Assembly (NCBI GenBank): GCA_951406725.2
Contig: OX597822.1
Coordinates: 56,172,001-56,236,000 of the forward strand
DNA: 64,000 bases
Origin: Octopus vulgaris
Taxonomy: Eukaryota
Direction: 5' to 3'
This document shows, one piece after another, positions 39,067-52,759 of this stretch; the stretch's first letter is position 1, and each line of letters begins with the position of its first letter. The position numbers and the translations under genes were made by a program. The notes under the pieces were generated by a model. The model had not been told where the DNA came from. It searched no databases and was given only the letters and a program-made list of their open reading frames with translations.

Positions 39067-40140
39067 TTGTGGAAGGATTCCGACCACACCTCAAGTGAAT
39101 AGAAGGCGGACTGACTCATTATTGTAAAGAAGTGTGAACAATTAGAGTTCGTGTTGGTAAGCAATTCACTGTGAAATTTGATACAGAGCGTTGGGTTTCG
39201 TGTAATAGTAATAGTAGCGCATCGTGTAAACACTTTATTCTCTCCCCGCTCCCTTCACTTCGTTATATTATATATCCAGTACAAGGATACAAAAGTGATG
39301 ACGCATTGTTCGAAGCTTGTGTTGAACGTTGAAAAAAAATTGGGGCGGGGCTGTTACGAAACCAAAGAAAAACTCGTTTTAACATGGAAGACTTATTGGA
39401 CTCCGTGATGCACTTGCAACGGCAACAACAAGAAAATCAGTTTCTGGGATTAATGTTGAGGAAGTCTGACAATACTTCAGGTTCGTACACGCCAGCAAAC
39501 TCAACAGGAGAATTCAAACACAACCTAGAAGAAGGTGCTACCTTCTCTGCATATTTTCGTAGATACAAAGAAACCTTCAAAGAAGAGCGTTACAAAAGTA
39601 CAACTACGAGAAAAAATGTACAACTACTTTTAAGAAAGTTATGGGTTAAAACGTAAATGGACATGACGAAACATTACAAGGACAGTTACTGCGACGGTCT
39701 AACTAAAATTATGGAAAATTGTTTAACAAGAAAACAGAATTTTAAGAAAGTTATATATGAAATATATAGTAGTTATATTCTGCTGGAGAGTGAATGCAGT
39801 TCCCTGTTCAATACCCACTGGCAATATTTGATTTGGTGAAAAAAGATGATTTCGTGACTTATGCCGGACTGGTTAACAGAGAGTGTGAGAAATTCAAACT
39901 GAATGAGTTGACCCCGGACATGTTCAAGCCTTTAATTTTTGTTCAAGGGCATACTGCAAACAAAAATTTAAATATACGTTCGCGGATATTAGCAAACTGG
40001 AACAGGACCAAAATTTAATACTATAGGCAGTAGTAGAAGAATGCCAGAGGATTATATAATCTACGACATGACGCAAATAAAATTAAAGAGAAAGATTGTT
40101 CTCAGATTCAAGCTTGTTGACCGATAACGAATAAGAAAAT
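39067..40140 (+). mobile_element. Ty3/Gypsy LTR-retrotransposon remnant (probable LTR plus decayed gag)
   Basis: Broken frames read GEFKHNLEEGATFSAYFRRYKETF..VQLLLRKL, SSLFNTHWQYL and DDFVTYAGLVNRECEKFKLNELTPDMFKPLIFVQG, typical of K02A2.6-like Gypsy gag; TG-start upstream. Confidence 0.75.
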
Positions 40141-41499
40141 AGAGAAGAAATATCAAGACCGTATCTATATGATATATAATATATATTTTATATTATATTA
40201 ATATACAATACATTATATAATATATTATATATTATATGATATATAATACATTATAATTTCTACATTATTATTATTATTCTTTATTATTATAAAGGCGGTG
40301 AGGTGGCAGAATCGTATATAAATATACACCTGAATCTCAGTAGATATTTACTTAAAGACGGTTGTTTATAACTGGTTTGGCAGCCAATTGTACATGTCAA
40401 AAATAATCATGAGGGATAAAAAATATGATATTGTGACCTTCTAGCTTGTAAGATCATTGCTCCTTTTTTTTAAATCGAAGGCAGTGACGTTTACAAGTTG
40501 ACGCAAAGCTTGTTTGATAAAGGTGGAGAAACAAGAAAGGGATGACCTAGTTGTTGTTTACGAATATGAAGAGTGTAGTATTGCCAGACTTCTATTGATA
40601 TGAGCAGTATTTGAGTTGTGATGATCTTGAAAGCGTTAGCTTGCAGTGTAGACATTACAAGATTTTATCAGGATTTCCATCCGTGCCGGCAAGACATCTG
40701 ATAGAAATTTACCAGATTGCATGTTGATGGCATATGAGTGCAAATGATTTACGATGATTAAAAGTTAGCATTATATGTATTGGTGAGTGTGACAGAAAAA
40801 AATTTGTATGAGGAAGGGAAAACAACATCAGGTTGACAGCACTAGATGAAAAGTGGATCAGAGAGAAACCTCACGATATATGTGGTGACTAAGCGGTGTA
40901 ATGAAAACAAATCTGTCTCAAGGTTTGAGATTGGGATTTAACGCATAGATAATTAACTTATGTGGGAGGTTGTCGCCCCATGCAGTCGAACTCTTTGAGG
41001 TTGTCATGAGTAACAACATTGCTTTCACTAAAACTTTCAGGGGCATGGCACTACAATTGTGATCTGATATTTTTACTTATTAGGAAATATGTCAGATATA
41101 GATGACGTCATAGTAGTAAAGGAAATTGATTAAATGTGAATAAGAAGTTGGTTACACGTTGGAGTATTTATTCTACCTAAGCAATGACTAAGCAATGTTG
41201 AAACCACCTGGTTGGATGAGAGATGATTATGTCTGGATAAATATTGTGTTTAGAAATGTAAAATATTTGGAATGCGCTGTAGGACTGAACCCAAAATTAT
41301 GTAGTTGCAAGGCTAGCTTCTAAACCATTCAGCCAACAAAATTTTTAAATTAAACAGGAAGAAAACGTTGTGCATGAACAAAAATTCCCTTGATCTGATT
41401 AAACTATCAGATTTTGTTGGGTATTAGAAACAAAAATAATTGATTTGTGAAGGATTTTGTACCTGTGGCTATTAATTACTCACCTTACTTGTATTTCAG

Positions 41500-41695
41500 C
41501 CAAGAACCGACTTGTTCAAAAAAGAAAAAAAAAGAAATAGAATATCGTCCTGGAACTGTGCGTTCATAAGGTCCGAGTAGATCTCATCAAGCAAGACAAA
41601 CGAAACTAAAGGAAAACGAACGAAAACTGACGAAACCATTCGAAAACCGCACGAAAACGAACGAAAACAAGAAATAAACTATACTAAAAAAAAAA
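41500..41695 (+). other. Candidate non-coding 3'-UTR exon of CRHBP
   Basis: A consensus donor CAG|gtaagt lies 3 nt after the stop (37448). A plausible downstream acceptor is ccttacttgtatttcag (ends 41499), followed by AATAAA at about 41673. The pairing is inferred only. Confidence 0.35.
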
Positions 41696-41915
41696 ATTTT
41701 CTGTCTACCTCCACCTCAATCTTTGCTTTATTTAATTGAACAGCAGTCTATTCCCGTTTATCCACTAAGGTAACTATATCCCACAAATCTACGCACGGAA
41801 ATCTAAACTCTCGTACTTACATTGCTGTTGCAGCACCCATACAAAGATATATATACATATATACAACATATATGTAAGCATGTACCGTTATACAATTTAG
41901 CACACACGCCCATAT

Positions 41916-41991
<76 letters not shown>

Positions 41992-44900
41992 CATATATAT
42001 ACATGTACACACATATATATATACATATATATATATGTGTATATATATATTTGAAATTAGATGTCTTAAGAATGCAAATACATACATATTTACATATACA
42101 TGTTTTTTTAAAAATCGCTATGGTAACTGAACTCACCAAAACTCAATTGTTAGCCTGCAAATCAGCAACTGAATTTGGTCAGATCCTTAAAGGAGCAGCG
42201 GTGTCTCTTAGAAACAACTAGTAAACGACCGGATTTCAGCTAAATTAAGGATTTGGAGAATGACCAACTATAAAAGACTAAAAGTACTTTCGAATGAAAA
42301 ATAATAACGGTTTGGGGATTGACCTGAGAAATTAAATGTTAATTATTCCAATACTGTGACTTTGTTATTGTTGATATTGTTACTTTATGTTTCCATAAGT
42401 AAAGTTGGCTGTTATTCTTCTTTTGCTTACTTGGATGTTTATTTCCGTTTGATTTCAGTAAATAACTGAGTCGATGTCTTATCGTATTTTCGTTAATCAC
42501 AGAATAGATTTTTCGCATCCTGACAGCAGTGCTTTGTCCCTAAACATTTTTAAAAGTTTAAGATGTTTATCTGTAAATATTTATCATGCTTTCGATATTA
42601 AATCATTTAAATAGGCCAGACTTGCAAATCGCTGCACCTCCTATCTAAAGAGTAAAAATCTTCTGGGAAAAATACTTTATCGGAACTCACACCTATTTCA
42701 TATATATCCATGCAAAGGAACACATGGCAGAAAATATCCTAAAATGCCGAAGATTAGCCCCAATAAATACTTTCCAATGCATCAAATCTACCACAATTAA
42801 TTATTAAACAACATATCTCTCTGACCTAATTATATACTTAATTACCTATAAATATTCTTTGTACGTGTAAATGTGAAAAGCAATTTTGTATCAATTTTCA
42901 AGTGTAATTATTCTCAGTGATTATCATCTTGGTACTGTTGTCTTATAATTAGATAGTACTGGTGAAGATATTAGAGTCATATTGGTAATATTCGATGACC
43001 TCAAAGATCAATGTTCACAAGCCCGTGCTCATGTTTAGCGCTAAGTACATGGCTACCACTCCATTCATATAAGATGTAAGAACTTGTATCAATTAACTTT
43101 TTCATTTAAAAATTTTAAAAGAAACTCAAATATTTATGACACTATGAATGAAATAGCTTTCAAGCAACTTGTTCCTTTTTCGTTTTAGGTCAACGCTGGG
43201 AAGTAGGCCTCTTTGTTATATAGAATTATGAAACATTCTTGATAACGTTCCATAGCTAAGTATATATAAGCATTCCGAGTAGTCAGGTCTCTTTAAAGGA
43301 TTATTTTTTAAGAAGACAAGTTTCCTGATTTTGCCAGCTCCTAGATAAAAGTCTCGGATACTAGAGCAGCGAATTTACGAACAAACGACTGAACTACTTG
43401 GGAAAAAGTGTGTGAGCTTTAAGGACATCTGTATAAATGTTATTGATTCTGTGATCGTTGTTTACTCATAAAGCAACTCCAGTTGACCAGATCTATGATC
43501 AAAGTCATTCCGGCTTTTGATCAGCCCGTCCTTTCAGGAGGAAGCAAGACTACACTATTAAATATATCTTTTCCACGGGGTAGAGAGTAGAGTGTAATTT
43601 GAAGTACATTTAACAGCTATTTCTGGCTTACATACTTATTGAGTATTTCAGTTAAACAATTTTGCCTGTCGTCGACAATAGAGGAAGTGGCGACTCCAGA
43701 AAAGATCTCAGTCGTATTGTGAAATTCAATTTAGAACGTGTTGATTTTCAGGTAACGTATCTTGCCATTTAGATTGTCCTTAACTATACTTAAATATAAT
43801 TTTTTTAACATTGCACGTAGCAGTGAAGTATATAGGCGCAGTATCAATAGATTTTAAAGGCAGGATTCAAACTAGTTAACTTAAATTAAATACTAAACAG
43901 CATTTTCCCAAATATCCTTCCTGGATTTCATTAAAGGTATCAATAGTAGAGCATAAAATTATGCACACAATATTACAGTAATGTATTTGAACAGGTATAA
44001 AAGTAATCAGAGATTTCCAAACTAGTATATCAATGAAAATATGAGAAGAAAAAAAATAATTACACCTCAATATATTCTGAGATCAGAATCGAAGAGGGTC
44101 ATTTCCTTGCTTGGAAGCAGAAATATTACTGAATCAGGTAAATTAAAGGAGATATAACCCGAGATAAAAAGTCATTGTTTCTTACATAATCATGTGTCTA
44201 AACATATATGACACGGTGTCTCACAATCTTCCTCAAATATATTTGAGAGTTAAGTACAGTAAGAAGGAGAAATCGAACTAATTACCCTTCTCATCACAAT
44301 ACAGGCAGTGCGGTGGAAGAATCGTTAGCGTGTTGGACAAAATGCTTGGTGGCACTTTGTCCGGCTCTTTGGGTGCAGAATTCAAATTCCGTCGATGTCG
44401 CCTTTACCTTTCATCATTTTGGGAGTCGATAAACTAAGTACAAATTTAGCGCTGAGGGTAAAGTAGTCGAGTTCCCTTTCCCCTCAAAACTACTGGCCTA
44501 GTGGCAAAATTAGAAAGTGTTATATTGTCATACGTAGATGCGACGGTTACATTCATAATAGAAATAGTACAGGATGATTATAGAAGGATGGGAGCAATCA
44601 CGTTTCAATCGAAATCGAAAAATCAAAGCGCTGATACAAACCTATATAAACATCAAAATACCAACAGATTTCTCTCCTCTGTTGTTTTATCGTTTAAGAT
44701 ACAAAGATACATTTCAAGATACATTTTCTTTTTTCTTATTTATTTTGTTATATTTTGGTTAGTTCCTTTAACGATTTAGCATTCAGGTTGCTCAAATGTA
44801 TCGCTTATTTAATCACACTGTTTTAAATAAATCCTGCATTATATCTTGTAACATCGCGATTTCAATGATACGATTGTTTACTTTTAGAATGACATTGAAG

Positions 44901-45322
44901 GGTAGGTGTGAGAGGCTGAATCTGGCCAGTTTGAGCACTGAAAAGGTCGATTATTTTGGCCAGATATGGCCAGTTTAAATGCTAAATGGTTTAACTATGT
45001 CTATCTTCAATTCTTTGAAAATATGGATCTACCTATATTGCCTATCCTATTGTTTTATAGCATGATTAATCAATTCATCTTTTATTGATTCTTCAACACA
45101 CAATCTATGAACATTCATTGAGAGTTTGTAGCTTCAAGTCATGGAGAATCAGTACGTTGTGTCCTTGAGTAAGACATTTCATTGTGTCGAAATCCCCGTA
45201 TTGCATATACATACACAGATACATTCATGCATGTGTGTATGTGTATTCATGTATGAATGTATGTAAGAATGTATGTATGTATGTATGCATGCATATATAT
45301 ATATATATATATATTAATATTA

Positions 45323-45396
<74 letters not shown>

Positions 45397-47354
45397 TGTA
45401 GATATACATACATACAGGTATACATGTTTACACATATATACACACATATACACATATATACACATATGCGTATATCAAAAGAATAGAAATAAATAGATAG
45501 ATAGATTGATAGATAATCTAAGTAGGAAAGCCGAACGAGGAATCAATTTCAGCGATAGAAATTCCCATTACACCGGGCTGTAATTCAAAACCTACACACT
45601 GGCATTACCAGAATAACCTCTAATTTATCAGCGAATAGAAATGGTTTGAAAATCATCTCCTTCTATGATAACAATGCACAAGCGAGGACTGGATACGATA
45701 AGGTGTTAGCGTATATGGAAGACATCAACACTTCCAAAATCTATAAGATTTTGAAAGAGGAACTCAAACTCGTTGAATCTTTCGTTTAATCTAGACGTCT
45801 CCACAAATATAGCCTGGTTTCTGTCCCTAATTAGATGACATTTTCCAGTCATCCATACCGTTAACTATTCAATGCACATAACATGAAGATCAACTATCTA
45901 CGCTTTATAATATCTCTTCCAACGTTACAAGAAAAAGAAACAAAGCACACACACTGATTCCATTCCAACACTCTAAGAGGATTACCTGCCTCTCACAGTC
46001 CGTGATTTTTTTGCTCTACACTTACACCATTCAGTGAGAAAATGAATGGCCCTAGGAAAGTTTCACATAATACAAACACTCCTTTTCGTACATGGATAGG
46101 TGAATTTCTACTTCTCCGTGTCGCTTTATATGGAGATTCTGTAACCAGAGAAATGATTTGCCAACTTCATAAAGAGTACCCTTGACGGGGCCCATCCCTA
46201 ATCACCTAGGGCCGATCATCTCAAATTCTACCTCCATGACAAACTGCACCCATTGCAACAGTCTGCTGTACTCATCAACAGGAAAACTAGTCTATCATGC
46301 TGTTGTCAACAACGAAAAGTCCTGCTAGTGAACTTCAAAATAATAGATATGAACGATACAGCTCTGAGCGATCTTGCAATGCTACCAACGTATATTTTTG
46401 CAAACTAACGCTACCAAAGCGGTTTCAACACGTGGTAAACGCATGCATATTCTATTTCATTCCTGTTGGACGTTGCTACATTGTCTAATGCTTCTGACTA
46501 TAAAGCAGCTGGTTCTGCTAGACTCTTCATCTCACACATGCAGTAATAAAGTGGATCATTGGCGGATGCTGTTCCGCTACTTTATTCGCATGACCTGAAC
46601 TAACAAATGGAAGACCCCAAATATTTATTCAGGTTATCTTTTCAGATATTCTATAGAAGAACACATTCTATAGAGAACACAATGTTGATTTATATATACT
46701 ATATTTTATAGTATATTATAGTTGCATAAGGAAATACCGTGACCCTAGAAGCCACCAAGGTATTTAATATTCTCATTTTGGGATTAGTTGTCACATCCTG
46801 GATTTCCTGCTGCCTCAAGAGTGGGAAGACCAAGAGGGTGAAGAGTGGAAGAGACAGTTGAGTGATATTTGAGAGGTTGAAATATGACCGTAAATAGTGA
46901 GAGAAACAGTGGAGAGGTGGGATTGAAGAGTGATAAAAACAGTACTATAGTAGATGTAGTAGATAGATAGAAGCTAGAGAGTAACAGAAAGAGTAATGTG
47001 ATGGATGGTGAAGAGTTGCCTAATTAGTAGAATACCGGAGTGTAAAGAGTGACGTATATTCAAATAAGGAAGGTGGGGAATTACAGAAACTGTAGAGGGA
47101 CGGGGAGTAAATAAACAGGTAGAGAAAAAGTAGGGTGATGAATAGTGGCTGTGTGGTAAGTAGCTTGCTTACTACGCTTCCAAAGAATAAGTCCTGGGAT
47201 CGATTTGCTCGACTAAACGCGGTGCCCCATCATGACCGCAGTCAAATGACTGAAACAAGTAAAAGTGAAAGTAAAGTAGAGTTGAGCAACATGGATAATT
47301 ATGGCAGAAGCAGTTGAGAGATGGCAGCTGAAAAGCGGCACCATTAATAGAATA

Positions 47355-49662
47355 CACTGGACATGTATTTTAGACTAAATTGACGGTGCTGATTTTGAAT
47401 TAAGCGCATATGCGAGATTATAACTATACTTTCGGCTAGATACAGGCTATATTATAAAATTTTCTAAAAGGAAAGTGATCTTAATTCAAAATGAAAGAAA
47501 TAACAGCAATAAAACAAACGAGGAGAAAGATCATCATTTAGTTTAGCAATAGATGGCGCCGACGTATTGCGTGCAAGCGCCAAATTAGTCAGTTTGTTCT
47601 TAGTAACTCGCATTGTCGTTTGCACTGCAGTTACGTGTGGCATGTGTATCTCTCACTCTGCGTGATTTCTATTTTAACTGTGTTCATTGCGTTAGATCAT
47701 GAATAAGAGAGGCTGTGTGAATCACCCAAACAACTTTTGTTATGTTTGTGGAAAATTTGCTCTGCGTGGCCAACGGAAGAACATTGCCGCCAAATTAAAA
47801 CCTGCCTATAAATATTATCTCGGGTGTAAAGTTGGGGACCAAGACAAGAGGTGGGCACCTCACATATGCTGCACTGTGTGTTACTCAGAGCTTACACAGT
47901 GACTCAATGGGAAAAAGAAGGAATGCCTTTTGCTTTACAAATGGTATAATGTGTGCCAACCAACTATTCTCTGATTTTTACTTTCGCGTGACTCATATTT
48001 GTGGTTTCTCAAAGAAAACCAAAGCAAAAATTGTGTATGCAGATTTAAGTCGGCTCTAAAACCGGCCCCGCATGACTTCGAGAACCCTGTCCCAGTTTTC
48101 CTCTCACATGATTCACTTGAAGACCTTGACACGTCGCACGATGAATCCCTTGATTCTCCTATCGACGAAGAGTACGTAGTTAATTCTAAGAAAATGAGCC
48201 ACGCTTGTTTAATCATGAAAATTTGAACTATTTAGTAAGAGACTTAGCATTGTCGAAGAAGAAGGTAGAAATTTGGGGATCCAGACTACAGCAACGGAAT
48301 CTCCTACAGCTAGGTACGAAAATTACCATTTTCCGTTCTCGCCATGAAGGCTTATCTGTCTTTTTCAAGCAAGAAAATAATCCTTGTTTCTGTACTGACG
48401 TTAATGCATTCACCTAAAACATAGGACATGTGCATGTGGCTAACGAAAGGAGATTGCTTATAAATTCAAGTAAGGTTAGCCTCAAAGCTGTGTTGTTACA
48501 TAATGGTAATGAAAGACCTTCCATTCCTGTGGGTCATGTTATCGGTATGGAAGAAACTTATGTATCGTTGGAACTCATTCTGAAAGGAGTTAATTACGCA
48601 GTTCATAAGTGGAATATTTGTGGTGATTTAAAGGTCACTTCCCTCCTTCTAGGACTGCAGCTAGGATATACCAAACATATGTGCTTCTTGTGTGTTTGGA
48701 ACAGCATGACGACAGCAATCATTACAGTATAAAAGACTGGCCTAAAAGAGATGAGTGCATAGTTGGTCGGCAAAATCTGCAGCATATGCCACTGGTAGAC
48801 CCACAAAAGATCTTCCTTCCACCCCCTTAGATCAAACTTGGCCTCATGAAAAACTTCGTAAAAGCAATGGCACACGATGGTTGTAGCTTTCAGTATTTAA
48901 AAGTAAAATTTGATGCAGAGAAAATGGACGCAAAACTGAAAGCAGGCATTTTCATTGCACCCGAGATCAGAGAATTCATGTCTGATAGAAAATTCTGAGG
49001 TAAACTTAAGGCAGTTGAGTTGATGGCATGGGATTCATGTTAGTTGTACAGAACTTTCTTGGAAAGCATAGAGCTGAAAACTATGCTGACAGTGTATGAA
49101 GGAGTGGGATGCCAAATGTCCCTTAAAATGCACTTCTTGCATTATCATCTCGACTTTTTTCCAACAAATCTTAGTGCAGTTAGTGATGAGCATGTGAGAG
49201 TTCCACCAGGATATATCTGAGATGAAAACGAGGTATTAAGGCTGATTTAATCCACACATGATGGATAACTACTGCTGGTTTCTACGACGGGAGATCAGCA
49301 CGAGGCATCAGCGCAAGAGCAAGTGTCTTAAACATTTCTGACTTGAGCATATCAAAAATAAAGTGAGTATTCTCTTAACATAAATATGCTATGTACAATT
49401 ATATTATAATACTATTTGCCTTGAACATTAAAATATTGTATACAGTACTAATATACTATAATAATAATTATTTAACTTGAACTTAACTATTCCTGGTACA
49501 AATATAGTATTAATATATAATTATGCGCATAACTCAAAATCCTGGTATGCTATAGCAATTCTGACTGAGTTCAGATTCGGAATCAGCGTACTCAACTAAG
49601 TTTAGTACAGCACTATTTGTTTGATTAGCAGACAATAATTTTGTTTTTCTTGTTACCCAGTG
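47355..49662 (+). mobile_element. Chapaev3-like (CMC/Transib-RAG1-fold) DNA transposon, near full-length, pseudogenised
   Basis: Termini CACTGG..CCAGTG with subterminal inverted gctgatt motifs. Transposase from 47699 to about 49341: CVNHPNNFCYVCG, GDQDKRWAPHICC, LVRDLALSK, LKAVLLHNGN, ICGDLKV, CFLCVW, LPPL.IKLGLMKNFVKA, KMHFLHYHLDFFP.NLSAVSDE..FHQD, with several stops and frameshifts. No clean TSD. Confidence 0.8.
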
Positions 49663-51498
49663 CATGAAAAGTAACAAAAACAAGATGGAAAGTGAAGGAT
49701 AAGAGAAACAATTGGTTACAATAATACTATAGTAATGGCGGCTAAAGTTTAACAGGAAAAGTAGAGTAGAGTCTAATGGATGAAGAACTGTATTAAAAGC
49801 AGTTGACTTGTAGAAGAGGAAGGGTGACAAACAGCAGAGTGAATTAGTGTGAAGGGTGACAAGAGTTGTGAGTATGACTAGACAGAAAATTGGCCGCATT
49901 ATGAGTGAAGAGTAACAGAATTGGTGGAGCGGTGGAGATTGAAGTGTTACAGAAACAACTGGTGTTGAGTAATGAAAAGTGAAAAGTGTCAGAATCAATT
50001 GAGAGGTAGGAATTATTGGAGAGATAATTGGGGAGATAACTGAGGGTAATGAAGAATGCGTTGTGGTCGAACCAATCCATCGATATTCAACTGGCTCTCT
50101 CAAAAACGACTCCAAAACAATATCTAGTTTGTTGAAACAAATATTAATACTTTGTCTCATTCAGCTATCGATGGATCTACTTTTAATCAGTAATAATGAA
50201 TATACTCTGAAGAGCTGGGTGGAGCTTTTTTTCTTTTTTGACAGATCTTTTCACAATCCACCCAAAATAGAGGATAAAGTCATAAAAACGTCTATCGTAA
50301 CCCCTTGTTATTTAAGGAGTGGCTAATAATTCTGACATAGAGGAAGTCAAATTTTGATGTTAAACAGACCACCAACGTAGGAAAATCCCACTATCTGGAG
50401 ATATACCATTAGGAAGTATTCAGCATAGTGGTAATATAGTGGCTGACATTGTGACAACACGAACTGTCAATATATGGAATGCTTACCAGTTCCACAGATT
50501 GAAGTGATGCTAAAATTATTTCACTGTACAAGGGAAAAGTACCAAGTCCGTCAGTGATAACTTTTGTGGGATCTCCTTTGTGGCAAGATATTCACCAGAC
50601 TTTCAGTGAATCAACTGCAGGCATACATACGCTTCATCATTGCCTCACTGCTTCAATGTAGATTAAAATCTGGTAAAGGTACGAGTTTTTATTGGTCTAA
50701 CGACAGCCTTTCACACAATGAATAGAACTGTACAGTAGAGGGTTTTGGGGAAATTAATGTGCCCACTTAAATGTGTTCATTTTTTTGTCCGATCACACTG
50801 TGCTATCAAGACCTTCTTAACACAAATGATGCTATGTCGGAATCGATTTTACCGAACAATGGTATCACAGAGGATACACATAAGCTAACTTTATTCTTCG
50901 TATATTTCACTGTAATTATTGTTCATACAGGATACGCTTATGCCAACTTTTTTCTTCGTATACTTTACTGTAATTATTGTTCATGTATTTAACGACTGTA
51001 ATCAAGAAAACGTTGTCTGTTATCACACAACAGATGAACTGTTTAAACTGGACAATTTCAGACCTAGATCACAAAGGTTTATAACTCTTGATCACGATTT
51101 AATGTCAGCTGACCACTGCTTTCTTGTGACTCATTCAGAACAAGACCATCAGAAAATAATGAATTTTAACCGTGTCACGATGTTCTTGAACATTAGCACT
51201 CTTCATTGGTAGCATCTCACACTGAATAGAAATGAACAGTATCCATAATTAGGAACAATAATCTGCAGTTTGACAAAATTCGAATTACTTATGAAATGGA
51301 CAAACGTAACACCCGAAAATAACTGTTATATGTTGAAGCTCTACTTGGTAGAATGTCTAGAGATAGTCTCGCTTGAACAATCTACTATTGCTTTACACTT
51401 TTAAAAGATGAAGTTGTTATCCATGTTAGGGCATACGTCAGGAAACCAGCACTAGATGTTTATATGCATTCAGCTCTAACGAGTTCAGTGGGACACTG

Positions 51499-51510
51499 AT
51501 AGATAGATGA

Positions 51511-51559
<49 letters not shown>

Positions 51560-51560
51560 C

Positions 51561-51627
<67 letters not shown>

Positions 51628-51644
51628 ATGACAGATAGATAGAT

Positions 51645-51720
<76 letters not shown>
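51499..51720. repeat. (GATA)n/(GACA)n microsatellite
   Basis: Directly visible. Confidence 0.97.
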
Positions 51721-52019
51721 GTAAACATTTACTTTGGCTGAGATTGTCAATTTTCACTAACAAACTTCATATTTCAGTAAAAGTTGTTAAATATTTAATT
51801 TCATTTTATTTAACTGAATATCATGAACCTTTTCGAAAGAAGTTTGTACATAGTGTGTATTTTGTATTACGTACAGTGTATTTTGTGTGTAAGTGTTTTC
51901 GTTGCACAACTTGCGTACAGAGGAAGTTGTTTTTAGTAATGGTGTTGGCTAATTATTGTTTAGTTTCGGATTTAGAATTTAGAATTATTGTTTAGTTTCT
52001 TATTTATAATTCTTATATA

Positions 52020-52430
52020 GGCGCAAGAGTGGCTGTGTGGTAAGTAGCTTGCTTACCAGCCACATGGTTCCGGGTTCAGTCCCACTGCGTGGCACTTTGG
52101 GCAAGTGTCTTCTGCTATAGCCCCGGGGCCGACCAATGCCTTGTGAGTGGATTTGGTAGACGGAAACTGAAAGAAGCCTGTCGTATATATGTATATATAT
52201 GTATGTGTGTGTATATGTTTGTGTGTCTGAGTTTGTCCCCCTAGCATTGCTTGACAACCGATGCTGGTGTGTTTACGTCCCTGTCACCTAGCGGTTCGGC
52301 AATAAAGACCGATAGAATAAGTACTGGGCTTACAAAGAAAAAGTCCCGGGGTCGATTTGCTCGACTAAAGGCGGTGCTCCAGCATGGCTGCAGTCAAATG
52401 ACTGAAACAAGTAAAAGAGTAAAAGATAGA
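52020..52430 (+). mobile_element. SINE family A, full-length copy
   Basis: Matches 5022-5451 and 18384-18808 end to end. Confidence 0.9.
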
Positions 52431-52759
52431 GTATTCTTTTGACTTTTGTAGTTGATAATTTTTAATTTTATTTTTTTATCTCAAAAAACCTTTAAGAAAG
52501 GTGTGATTCACACCGGAGAAAAAAAAAACTATGGAGTAACAAACTATGGTGTTCCGCGTCCTAGGGCATATGAAATAAGTGAATGTGTTGGAGGAATACG
52601 AAAAACAAAATACATTCCAGAGAATTTTTTGGCAGTGCATAACTTCTCTATAACTGGAGGTAGGAAAACAGCCTTATTCATGTTTGTGAAAAAATCTCGA
52701 AACGAATTCTAGAGCGCCATCCTTTCTGAGCAACATAGAGTTATCACTCTTTAACTGCT

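Noticed and set aside
40450-41100. Possible PLE reverse-transcriptase remnant (also about 45540-46300) and Tc1-like remnant at about 50340-51230
   Set aside because: Only faint motif echoes; too decayed to call without a profile search.
49534-50160. 208-aa minus-strand ORF
   Set aside because: Reverse complement of purine-rich low-complexity DNA overlapping the transposon end; no recognisable domain.
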